Source: Ranitomeya imitator (taxonomy: Eukaryota). Taken from it: a stretch of 64,000 nucleotides of DNA. The translations under genes and the position numbers were made by a program. Below, piece by piece: positions 46,964 through 58,824 of the stretch. Each line of letters opens with the position of its first letter. The stretch's first letter is position 1. The stretch lies in the NCBI RefSeq assembly GCF_032444005.1, contig NC_091287.1, positions 195,362,001 through 195,426,000 on the forward strand, read 5' to 3'. The notes under the pieces were generated by a model. The model was given only the letters and a program-made list of their open reading frames with translations, was not told where the DNA came from and made no database searches.

Positions 46964-48346
46964 TTATGAGGGTTGAATTAAAAAAAAAAAACAAAAAAAA
47001 AACCGCGTGGGCGCCCGTGCAATTTTCTGCGCCAGAGGGGGAAAGCCAACGGCCGGGGGCCAATATCTGTAGCCTGCTATGAATATCAGCCCGCAGCTGT
47101 CTGTATAGCCTTTACTGGCTATTAAAATAGGGGGACCCCCCAAAAAAAATTGCGTGGGGTCCCCCTATATTTTATAGCCAGAAAGGCTACGCAGACAGCT
47201 GCAGGCTGATATTCATAGCCTAGAGAGGGGCCATGGATATTGCCCCCCTTCCCCCCCCCCGGGCTACAAATACCAGTCCGCAGCCGCCCCAGAAATGGCG
47301 CATCTGTAAGATGCGCCAATTCCGGCACTTAGCCCCTCTCTTCCCACTCCCGTGTAGCGGTGGGATATGGGGTAATGAAGGGTTAATGTCACCTTTCTAT
47401 TGTTATGGGGTAATGAAGGGTTAATGTCACCTTGCTATTGTAAGGTGACATTAAGCCGGGTTAATAACGGAGAGGCGTCAATAAGATGCCTATCCATTAT
47501 TAATCCAATAGTAAGAAAGGGTTAAAAAAAACACGCACACATTAGGAAAAAGTATTTTAATATTCTTCATTTCACCATACTTACCATACTTCAGCGCCTG
47601 CAAAAAACGTAAAATAATAAACCGTATACTACCTGTCCGCCGTAGTCCAATTAATATCGAGTGTCCCACGACGATCTCCCCTATAGAACAGTGACATCGG
47701 GTGATATCACTGCTCTATAGGACCCTCAGTGACACACTGACAGGAGACAATGGCTCCTACAGTGCATCACTGAGAGGTTACCTTAGGACAAGGTCTCACT
47801 TTATGGCAATTGCCTGGGAAAATTTCTCATACAGCAATGGCATAAAGTGAGACTAGGGACTTTTTTTTTTTTTTTTTACAGCGGCGGAGGAATACAGTGG
47901 TGGAAGGATACCTTCCAGCTGTCATTATGTTCCTGTAGCCCCTAGAGAGCAGTTGCATTATCTGATGCTCCTGCTCTCCACGGGAGATCGCCGTGGGACA
48001 CTCGTGGATTTCTGCGGACAGGGAGTATATTGGTTGTTTGTTTTTTTTTAATATTTTTTTTACAGATGACACTGGCTTCGGGGAACAAAGTGACAAGTAA
48101 TGGTGAGTATGAAATCTATGTTTAATGTACTGTATGTCTATATGTATGTAATGTATGAATGTATTGTATATAGCATGTATGTAGCATGTATGTATGGAGT
48201 ATTTTTTTTTTTTTCATTCAACACATTAGCCGGATGATGGGACTATTACTGTCCCATAAGTGGCTAATGTGTCAATCACTGTCATTGTAGCAGGCATCGT
48301 CCGATGGGACTTGTAGTCCCATCGGACAATGCTTGCATACACGCAT

Positions 48347-48830
48347 AGAGACCCCCCCACGCCGCACAGACCCCCCCACTCCGCACAGAGACCCCCCCAC
48401 GCCGCACAGAGACCTCACCACGCCGCACAGAGATCCCCCCACTCCGCACAGAGACCCCCCACTCCGAACAGAGACCCCCCACTCCGCAGAGACTCCCCAC
48501 TCTGCACAGAGACCCCCCACTCTGCACAGAGACCCCCCACTCTGCACAGACCCCCCACTCTGCACAGAGACCCCCCACTCTGCACAGAGACCCCCCACTC
48601 TGCACAGAGACCCCCCACTCTGCACAGAGACCCCCCACTCTGCACAGAGACCCCCCACTCTGCACAGAGACCCCCCACTCTGCACAGAGACCCCCCACTC
48701 TGCACAGAGACCCCCCACTCTGCACAGAGACCCCCCACGCCGCACAGAGACCCCCCACGCCGCACAGAGACCCCCCACGCCGCACAGAGACCCCCCACGC
48801 CGCACAGAGACCCCCCCACGCCGCACAGAG
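48347..48830. repeat. 20-bp minisatellite TCTGCACAGAGACCCCCCAC
   Basis: More than 20 near-perfect tandem copies; G6 runs on the minus strand. Confidence 0.95.
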
Positions 48831-49453
48831 AGGGAGAGCGACACAGGGGGAGAGTGCAGTTTACCGGAGATCACTGGGACTGTGTGCAAGTGGGGAGGTG
48901 GAGACAGAGCAGGAGAAGGACATGGCAGAGTGTGAGAGCAGAAGATGTCTGCCCAGGACCTGCAGTGCCTGGAGTACAGAGGAGCAGTGAGGGCTTCTTC
49001 TCTCCTGTGATAGAGAGCAAGTGGAGCTTGGCAGATAGCACAGGGCTCTAATAAAATGGCAGCTAGTCACACCTACAGCAGTGAGTTGTGCAGCCCACAG
49101 AGGCGTGCCCAGCTCACTGCTAATGCTGCTGCAATGTTACAGATAGGGTCCGAGCCAGTCTATTATCTCCTATGTCCATGGGGTGCCGTAATCTGACACT
49201 GATAGTGCCGTACTACTGCTGCAAAACCAAGATGTCAGCCCCCAGTGCATTCTTTCTACTCATATATCACACGAAATCTGTTTTACATGCATTCAAATCT
49301 GGGTTATAACAGCATGTTATGCTACATTACATTGATTAATTAATGATCTACAAACGCGGTACCTTCCCTTTAAATACACATCGTGAAGCTGATAGTAATT
49401 TCTCATCTCAACCTAATGTTGTTTTCATTTCTCCAAAATTGTTGTTTTTGCAG

Positions 49454-49639
49454 TTAATTGCTATTGCTACTGGAGGACGTATTGTACCACGATTCTGTGA
49501 GCTTACTCCTGAGAAACTTGGCTTTGCTGGCATAGTTCGAGAAATTTCTTTTGGAACAACAAAGGACCGAATGCTAGTCATAGAGCAATGCAAAAACTCA
49601 AGGGCTGTAACAATTTTCATCAGAGGGGGGAATAAGATG
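49454..49639 (+). CDS. CCT5: T-complex protein 1 subunit epsilon, single internal coding exon (62 aa, phase 0/0)
   Basis: [62 protein letters not shown] is near-identical to the vertebrate CCT5 sequence I recall. Polypyrimidine TTTTTGCAG acceptor, CTAAT branch-like motif at about 49413, GTAAGT donor. Confidence 0.93.
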
Positions 49640-50059
49640 GTAAGTAACAATTCATTACTGCTGCAAAACACATGGCCTTTAGTTATGGAACTATTGGCTA
49701 CAGTCTTTTTGTTTTTGACCTAAGCAATATCGTAAAAAGGACAAAATCTAGAAAACGAAATGTGACTAGGGTAGACAGGTTATATAAAATCATACTTTTT
49801 TTTTTTTTTTTTTTCAAACATTAACCATATGCCAATTGACTTTTAAATGTCCAGGCAGTAAGCATTTTACTGTAATTTTTAAAATGTCACTATATAGTAT
49901 AGCAGCAGCTTTGGCAATGAGTAGTCTTCTTTCATATACAACCAGTGGAGTCTACTCAACTGACAGTGCTTCATTCTCAGGACAGTGATCATGTTCTCTC
50001 CTGGTGGTGGAGTTGAAGCTGCTGTCTTCAGAGACCCAGGGGGAGTGTCGGCTGTCACA

Positions 50060-51340
50060 TACTCACCTGCTCCTGGCGCAGTCCCTGCATGTCCGATGGT
50101 CTCTGGGCAATGCTTCCTGTGTTCAGCGGTCACAAGGTACCGCTCATTAAAGTAATGAATATGGACGCACCTTCATTACTTTAATGAGCGGTACGTGACC
50201 GCTGAACACAGGAAGAAGTCGGCTCCCAGAGACCATCTGACAGTGAGATGCTGCCAGGGTCCACGCCTTGAGCAGGTGAGTATAACGGTGAGGGTGAGTG
50301 AGCATTGTGCTATATTCTCATGACCCCGTTCCACCGCTGGGCGCCGCTGCCTGTTCAGGTCAGAGGGCGCAATCACGTGTTTACTGTGCGTGCAGCGGTA
50401 GAACGAGGAGGACAGGTGAATATTGCAAGTGCCTTGGGCCTGAGCGACGAGAGGAGAGTATGTGATTTTTTTTTTATTTTAATCGCAGCATATAGGGCAT
50501 AATCTATGGAGCACTTATGGGGCATAATCTGTGGAGCACTTATGGGGCATAATCTATGGAGCACTTATGGGGCATAATCTATGGAGTATCTTATGGGGCA
50601 TAATGTATGGACCACTTATGGGGCATAATCTATGGAACACTTTATGGGGCATAATGTGTGGAGCACTTATGGGGCCTAATCTATGGAGCATCTTATGGGG
50701 CATAATGTATGGAGCATCTTATGGGGCATAATCTATATAGCACTTATGGGGCATAATGTATGGACCACTTATGGGGCATAATGTATGGAGCATCTTATGG
50801 GGCATAATGTATGGAGCATCTTATGGGGCATAATGTATGGAGCATCTTATGGGGCATGATGTATGGAGCATCTTATGGGGCATAATGTATGGAGCATCTT
50901 ATGGGGCATAATGTATGGAGCATCTTATGGGGCATAATGTATGGGGCACCTTATGGGGCATAATGTATGGAGCACCTTATGGGGCATAATGTATGGAGCA
51001 CTTATGGGGCCATTATTAACCTTTGTGCAGCATTATATGGGGCATATTTTTATATGGGGCATATTTTGTCTGGAGCTCCTTATGGGGCCCATCATGAAAT
51101 GTATGGAGCATTATATGGGGCTCCTGATTCAATATAGATATTCAAAAACATTTATCCTACTGATGTCTCAATTAATTTTACTTTTATTAGTATCTATTTT
51201 TATTTTTCACATTTACCAGTAGCTGCTGCATTTCCCACCCTAGGCTTATACTCGAGTAATTAAGTTTTCCCAGTTTTTTTTGTGGCAAAATTGGGGTTCT
51301 CGGCTTATACTCGGGTCGGCTTATACGCTAGTATATGCGG
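50060..51340. mobile_element. Second copy of the Tigger/pogo-type MITE, left end lost, with a 25-26-bp array (about 50495-51120)
   Basis: Right end GGCTTATACTCGAGT...GGCTTATAC..GTATATGCGG+TA matches 28380-28477. Unit CTTATGGGGCATAATCTATGGAGCA. Confidence 0.75.
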
Positions 51341-51344
51341 TAAT

Positions 51345-51795
51345 CTGAGTCCTGCCAGCACTCATTGTCAAAGCTAGCTTATGCTGTATAGGTAAAGGTT
51401 GTTGTTGGTTATTATTGGAGAGAAGCGTTTGAGAGATTTATCTGTGATAATTCCCTTTTTTCTCCTACTTTGGTTTACCCCCATCCTCCACTCACTGGTG
51501 CATTCCTCTGTTGTGTGAGTATATTTGTACGTTTGGTATTTTTTGTTAGCCCCGTTCGTATTACCTTGTTAATCTGGTTGGTGTACTACGGTACCCTACT
51601 ACTACCCTCTTTTCCTGGGTGGGGGAGGGGTACAGATGGAGGGTGAATTCAGGAGCAAGGGCAGGCTACATGGCCCCAGCATATTCACCATCAGAAATAA
51701 TTGAGGGAGCAGCGTGAGCTAGGGCGCCCCTAGCGTTAAATACAGGGAAGGAGCCCCTAGTCCCCGGACACCTGGCGATAGTTGGGACACTTGCT
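51345..51795. mobile_element. Possible LTR fragment
   Basis: Composition and terminal segment resemble frog Gypsy solo-LTR ends, but clear TG...CA ends and a TSD were not established. Confidence 0.25.
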
Positions 51796-52906
51796 AATCG
51801 ATTGCAAACAACCGAGGAATTATTTGTTCTTTATTGGTCAAATTGTATAATTAAATATTTTATAAGATACTACTTACAGCTTTTTCTAGAGCTTAAATGA
51901 AATATAATCAGATTTCAACATAAACATTTTTTATATAGAATACGATTGGCAAAAATGTTTACATAAATACCAATGATCAAACACCCAGAAAAGCCAGTAT
52001 GTGCAAACATTTTTATGGGACTGTCTTATTACAACATACCTAGTTGCAAAAATTGCCAGAAAAACAAGGTTTCCAGAAAGCCAGTCCAAAAAGTTGGTTC
52101 GTTTTGTTTACTTCCACACGATCTTATTATCAAGAGGCAATTTATGTAAAAATAACTATTGGGCAAATTGAGAGACCAACACATCCAAGGAATAAAATAA
52201 TGGAATTTTCTTTATTGCATAGCAAGAGGATAAAAATCCTTGCAGTGAATAATGCTCACATGAGAGGCATGACAGACTGCATTATTGTTTTGCCAGAAAC
52301 AAGTCAACTAAATCAGAGAGTCATTGGCGAGCACATAAAACCAAGACTGACAAATCAAATGTACAGTTTCTGGCTGTGGTGGGAAGATGGGGGGGAGGGT
52401 CAGCATTGGCGGAACAGCAGGTCAGAGGTAGGAGATATCTTCAGCCACGGCTAACTCCTATGCACGCTGCTGAAGAGAAATGAATATTGACTTCGAAGGT
52501 AATGAATTTTCATTTCCCTTTAGCTTCCTGGTTTGATTACCCATAATGCCCATCCTGGTATGTATGGGCCCCATCCTGATCCTGGTATGCATTGCCTCAT
52601 CAGAAAATGTAAAAAAAAAAAACCATTACACTTTTACGGCGCTCCCTCGCAGCGTCCTGCTTCGTTGCCAACTGCTGCTTTGAGTGTAAGCTGTGCATGG
52701 CAGGGACGGGACATCATGCACTGCTTGCAAGCCAAAGGGCAGCTGCTGGAATACTCACTGCTCTGCATGCCGAGACTGTGTGTGCGGAGAGCAGTGAGTA
52801 TTCATTGCTCTTCAATAGCGTGCACAGTGTCAGCCAGAGCCTTCCTGCAGCTGCCCGGCGTTCAAGTGTGCAGCTACTAAAGAGAATGAATATTGACCAT
52901 CTTCGA

Positions 52907-53160
52907 TGCCATGGTTGCTCAGTGGTTGACACTGCAGCCTTGCAGCGCTGGAGTCCTGAGTTCAAATCCCACCAAGGACAACATCTGCAAGTAGTTTGTA
53001 TGTTCTCCCTGTGTTTGAGTGGGTTTCCTCCCACACTCCAAAGACATACTTATAGGGAATTTAAATTGTGAGCCCCTCGGAGTCTGTGATGATGATGTGT
53101 ACAAACTCTAAAGCGCTGCGGAGTGTTAGCGCTATATAAAAATAAAGATTTCTATTATTT
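52907..53160 (+). mobile_element. tRNA-derived SINE (V-SINE-like) with an L2-type tail
   Basis: A box TGGTTGCTCAGTGG, B box GTTCAAATCC (52960-69), central GTTTGTATGTTCTCCCTGTGTTTG..GGGTTTCCTCC, tail AAGCGCTGCGG..GCGCTATATAAA. Confidence 0.85.
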
Positions 53161-53789
53161 TAATTTCTTAAGTAGCAGCGCATGTGACTGGCCACGGCAG
53201 CTGCAGGAAGTCAGCAGCCGACACTGTGCGTGCTACTGAAGATCAATGAATACTCACTGCCCTCCATGCACAGAGTCCCGGCGTGCAGAGCAATGAGTAT
53301 TCTGGCAGCTGCCCTTCAGCTTGCAAGCAGCGCATGACTCCCCTGCCATGTGCTGCTTACAAGCATAAAGCAGCTGCTGGCAATGGAGCAGGACGCTGCA
53401 AGGCAGCGCCAGGAAGGTAAGTGTAATGGTTTTTTTCGGGTTTTTGAACGTGTTCTGATGAGGCCATGCATACCAGGATGGAGGTGGGGGCCAATCATAC
53501 CAGGATAGGGATGGGGACATGCATACTAGGATGAGATGGGGGCCCTGCATACCAAGGTAGGGATGTGGAGGCATGCATACCAGGATGGGGAAGAGTGGGG
53601 ACCATTCCTACCAGGATAGGGATGAGGGGGCCATGCCTACCAGGCTAGAGATAAGGCGGACATGCATACCAGATGAGGAAGCCTTTCATGGGGATGAGGG
53701 GGTCATTCATACAAGGATGAGGATGTGGGGGCCATGTGTACCAGGATGGGGATGTAGGTGTATGTGTACCAGGATGGGATGAGCCCCTC

Positions 53790-56700
53790 TGCCTTTGGAT
53801 CGGAGACCCCGCACAGTGACGCGGGGTCACAATCGCTGCCATGGAGACCCGATGTCGTCATGACGACATCTGGGCCTCCAGAGCTGAGAAACTTCCTGTC
53901 ATGCGCAGTGCATGTCAGGAAGTCTCTCAGGTTAGTGTACAGAAACTGCAGCGTTGACAGCTTCTATAGCATGCAGATGTGCATGCTATAGAAGCAATCA
54001 GCATGCAAAAAATGATTGTCCCATAGTGGGACACAGTGTAAAAGTTAAAATTAATTTAAAAAAAAAGATTGTAAAAATATTTTTTAAAAAATAATAAAAA
54101 AAATCTATATTCCATCAATAAATAAATATTTGAGTGAAAAAAAATCTAAACAATAAAAGTACACATTTGGTATCGCCGCGACCCGACCAAGTTAACCCCT
54201 TTAGTGAACACCATAAAAATCAAGGCAAAAAACAATGCTTTATCATACCGCCGAACAAAAAGTGGAATAACACGCAATCAAAAAGACAGATATAAACATC
54301 GTACTGCTGAAAACGTCATCTTGTCCGGCAAAAAAACAAGCCGCCATACAGCACCATCATCGGAATACAGCTCTCAGAATAATGCCATGCAAAAATAATT
54401 ATTTTTTATATAAAATAGTTTTTATTGTATAAAAGCGCCAAAACACCAAAAAAATGATATCAATGAGGTATTCTTCGTACTAAACCGAAGAATGAAGCTA
54501 TTTTATCAATTTAACCACGCGCGGTACGGTATAAATGCCGTTTTTGTTCATTCTGCCACCCAAAATTAGGAATAGAAAACGATAGTCATGTTCCCGATAA
54601 TGGTACCAATAAAAACGTCAACTCGTCCCGAAAGAAATGAGACCTCACATGACTGTGGGCCAAAATATATAAAAATAATAGCTCTCAAAATATGGTGATT
54701 CATAAACTATTGTTTGCAATAAAAAGCGTCTTTTAGTGTGTGACAGCAGCCAAACATCATAAAAACCCACTATAACACCTCTTTCACACGTCCTGATATT
54801 TCCTGTACCGGACAGGTCAGTGTCCGTGTGTGTAATACTTGTGGCACATGTATGGCATGCGTGTTCCACATCAGTACCACAAGGACGGACTCCAGGGAAG
54901 AATCGTTACAGTAATCATTCTCCCCTGCCATAAAAAAAGGACATGTGCACAGACCCATTCACTTGAATAGGCAAATAGCGCTCCATTCCTCCCGAGTCTC
55001 TCTGCATGGCTGCCCAATGGTATAAAATTCTGTAATACACCCATGGTGTCAATATGATCACTGCACCCCTAGATTAATTCATTGAGAGGTGTAATTCGTA
55101 AAATGGGTTCACTTATGGGGTTCTGCTGGTTTGGCACCTCATGGGCTCTCCCAGTGGGTCATGGCCCCTGCAAATCATAACAGTAAAATCTGGCGCTCCT
55201 TCCCTTCAGCCATGTGCCCAAACAGTGGCTTACCCCCACATATGAGGTATCCGTGTACTCAGTACAAATTGCACATTAACTCTTGGGGGCAAAAAGATCA
55301 TTTTTGTGGAAAAAATGACTTTTTATTTTTACAGCTCTACGTTGTAAACTTCTGTGAAGCACTTGGAAGTGCAAACTGCTCACCACACATCTAGAAAAGT
55401 TCCTTAGGGGGTCTAATTTCCAAAATGGGGTCACTTGTGGGGGGTTCCACTGTTTAGGCACACCAGGGGCTCTCCTAATGCGACATGACGCCTGCAGACC
55501 ATTCCATCAGAGTCTGCATTCCAAAACGTCACTACTTTCCTTCCGAGCCCCGACGTGTGCCCAAACAGTGGTTTACCCCCACATATGGGGTACCAGCGTA
55601 CTCGGGATAAATTGCACAACAACTTTTAGGGTCCAATTTCTACTGTTACCCTTGGGAAAATAAAACATTGTGGGCGAAAAGATCATTTTTATGATTTTTT
55701 TACTTTTACAGATCAACTTTATAAACGTCTTTGAAGCAAATGGGGGTTCAAAGTGCTCACCACACATCTAGAGAAGTTCCTTAGGAGGTCTAGTTTCCAA
55801 AATGGTGTTACTTGGGGGGGAAGTTAGCACTTTTAGGCACATCATGGGCTCTTTGAATGCGACATGGCGTCGGATCTTAATTCCAGCCAATTTTGAGTTG
55901 AAAAAGTCAAACGGCGTTCCTTCCCTTTCGAGCTCTGCCGTGCGCCTAAACAGTGGTTTACCCCCACATATGGGGTATTGGCGTACTCTGACAAATTGCA
56001 CAACAACTTTTGGGGGCCAATTTCTCCTGCTACCCTTGGTAAAATAAAGAAAAATTTGATCTGAAGTAAAGTTTTGTTTTTGTTTGGGGTTTTTTTTGTG
56101 TGAAAAAAAGTTAAATGTTCATTTTTAATTTTTTTTTAAACATTCCAAAAATTCCTGTGAAACACCTGAAGTGTTAGTAAACTTCTTGAATGTGGTTTTT
56201 AGCACCTTGAGGGGTGTAGGTTTTAGAATGGTGTCACTTTTGGGTATTTTCTATCATATAGACACATCAAAGTGACTTCAAATGTGATGTGGTCCCTTAA
56301 AAAAAAATGGTGTTGTAAAAATGAGAAATCGCTGGTCAACTTTTAACCCTTATAACTCCCTAACAAAAAATAATTTGGTTCCAAAATTGTACTGATGTAT
56401 AGTATGTTGTAGGGAATGCTACTTAAATATTTTGGGTGACATATCTCTGTGATTTAACAGCATGAAAATGTTTGCCAAATTTCCATTTTTTTCAAAAATA
56501 AACTCAAGTGATATCGAAGAAATGTTACCACTATCATGAAGTAGAATATATCACGAGAAAACAATGTCCAAATCACCGGGATCCATGGAAGCGTTCCAGA
56601 GTTATTACCTCATAAAGGGACAGTGGTCAGAATTGTAAGGACAGAACACTTTGCGGATTTCACTGCGGATTTTTCCGCAGCAGAATTCCAAAATCCACAG

Positions 56701-57033
56701 TGAAAACCCGTCGCGGTTTTTACTGCGGATTTATCGCGGTTTTTACTGCGGTTTCTTCTGTGGATTTTCATCTGCAGTTTCCTATTGGAGCAGGTGAAAA
56801 TCCGCAGAAAAGAAGTGACATGCTGCGGAATGTAATCCGCTGCGTTTCCGCAGCATGTGCACAGCGTTTTTTGTACCCATAGGTTTACATTGTACTGTAA
56901 ACTGATGGGAAACTGCTGCAGATCCGCAGCGGTCAAATCCGCTGCGGATCCCCAGAAAAATTTGCAAAGTGTGAACATAGATTAATAATTGGCATGGTCA
57001 TTAACATGCAAACCACCCTTGGAGGTAAAGGGG
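53790..57033 (+). mobile_element. Non-autonomous piggyBac-like element with three ~350-390-bp units and a nested MITE remnant (about 56638-56981)
   Basis: 54190-54770 matches window positions 1-380. Ends GGTAAAGGGG+TTAA (57034-37). Confidence 0.78.
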
Positions 57034-57177
57034 TTAATGTCCAATGCAATTCTGACCACTGTCACTTTGAGGTTATAGCTCTAGAACGCTTCAACGGATC
57101 CCACTGATTCTGAGATTTTTTTCATGACAGACATATTGTACTTCATGTTAGTGGTAGTATTTCTTCGATATAACATC

Positions 57178-58821
57178 TTCAGCAGCACTAAGGGTATGTT
57201 CACACGTTCCTGATTTCCATCCTTTTTTTTTCAGGACTGTTTTTAAAAAACTGCAGCTCTTGGCAGAAAACGCAGGTCCTTTTTTTGGTCCTTTTTTTGG
57301 TCCTTTTTTTGGTCCTTTTTTGATCCTTTTTTTATCCTTTTTTTTATGCAGTTTTCTATGCAGAGTCTGTGTTTTCTAGGAAGTTTTTTAGGGTAATGGC
57401 TGAAAATACCCTAACCCTAACCCTACCCCTACCCCTAACCCTATTCTAACCTTAGTGGGAAAAAAAAAAATTTCTTAATTTTTTTTTATTGTCCCTACCT
57501 ATGGAGGTGACAAAGGGGGGGGGGGGGTGTCATTTACTATTTTTTTTTATTTTGATCACTGAGATAGATTATATCTCAGTGATCAAAATGCACTTTGGAA
57601 AGAATCTGCCGGCCGGCAGATTCGGCGGGCGCACTGCGCATGCGCCCGCCATTTTGCAAGATGGCGGCGCCCAGGGAGAAGACGGCCGGACGGACACCGG
57701 GACGCCGGGTAAGTATAAGGGGGGGAGATTAGGGCACGGGGGGGGGGGGGGGGCATCGGAGCACTGGGGGGGGGGGGGGGCATCGGAGCACGGGGCGGTG
57801 GGATTGGAGCACGGGGGGCGGGATCGGAGCACGGGGGGGCAGCCACACTCCGCCCACGCACTTCCGCCCGCTTCCCCGCACTTCCTGCTGCAGCGGTTCT
57901 GCACCACAAACCGCAGTAAAACCCGCAGATATTTTTTTTCATCTGCGGGTTTTACTGCGGGTTTGACCTCACAATGGAGGTCAATGGGTGCAGAACCGCT
58001 GCGGCTCCGAAAAATGAAGTGACATGGTACTTCTTTTTTCCCGCAGCTATTCAGCGCAGCTTTTTTTTTTTATTTTCCGCATTGTGGGCACAGCAGTTCC
58101 TGTTTTCCATAGGGTACAATGTAATGTACCCTGCATGGAAAACAGCTGCGGACCCGCAGCGGGAAAATCGCGGCAATTCCGCATGAAAAAAAAGGATCGT
58201 GTGAACATGGCCTAAGGCTGCATTCTGTGAAGGTGGCTCTTATTCTTAGTATCTCTAAAAATGCTGAAATAATCACTTTTATAAATTTCGGGCCATACCT
58301 CTATTGTCAGGGGAGGTATGATTTCTCTCGGACTCGAGCGCTCTGCAATTATCTCTCAAGCATGCGCCGTGCGCGCTGCCCTGGAACTTATATTAAGTGA
58401 TGTAAGTAGATCGCGCCTGCGCACAGCACCAGATTCCCAGCCCCGCAGTGTGAATACATCATAACACACTGCAGGGCGGGATCTGGGGGCCTCCGCTGTG
58501 TGCAGGCGCGATCTACTTACATCACTTGATGCAAGTTCCAGGGCAGGGCACATGCACGAGAATTAATTGCAGAGCGCAGGTGACTGCAAAAGACAGAGAG
58601 GAGGCGGCGCCCAGTGGGAAGATGGACAGCTGCGAGGTGCTTGAGTAGGAGAAATCATACCTCCCTGACTCAATAGAGGTATGGCGCAAAATTTATAAAA
58701 GTGATTATTTCAGCATTCCTATTGATGCTAAACATAAGAGCCACTTTCACAGAATTCAGCCTTAGTGCTGCTGAAGGTGGCTCTTTTAACTAAATAGGCC
58801 CTGGGGGTGACAGGTTCTCTT
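57178..58821. mobile_element. Palindromic Kolobok/T2-type element, left end truncated, split by a Harbinger MITE
   Basis: CTTCAGCAGCAC[TAA insert TAA]GGCTGCATTCTGTGAAGGTGG pairs with CCACTTTCACAGAATTCAGCCTTAGTGCTGCTGAAG. Right end GTGACAGGTTCTCT-TTAA. Confidence 0.7.
57192..58212. mobile_element. Composite Harbinger-ended MITE carrying a piggyBac-like internal cassette with CCCTAA repeats
   Basis: GGGTATGTTCACACG / CGTGTGAACATGGCC ends, TAA duplication (57189-91, 58213-15). The internal 57410-57600 resembles 32640-32845. Confidence 0.75.
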
Positions 58822-58824
58822 TAA

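Larger units (their letters stand above)
44021..49369. mobile_element. Possible Kolobok/T2 element enclosing a 5.3-kb nest
   Basis: TTAA-AGGGAAGGTGCC ... GGTACCTTCCCT-TTAA (11/12 TIR match). The match does not extend inward, so the two ends may belong to separate copies. Confidence 0.45.

Noticed and set aside
48272-49051. Overlapping 130-240-aa ORFs on both strands
   Set aside because: They are translations of the 20-bp minisatellite, with no domain or splice support.
50531-51222. LWGIMYGA-repeat ORFs
   Set aside because: They are translations of the 25-26-bp MITE minisatellite.
52044-52454. 136-aa ORF in non-repetitive-looking sequence after the CCT5 exon
   Set aside because: It has a non-ATG start and no recognisable homology, and it is not the next CCT5 exon.
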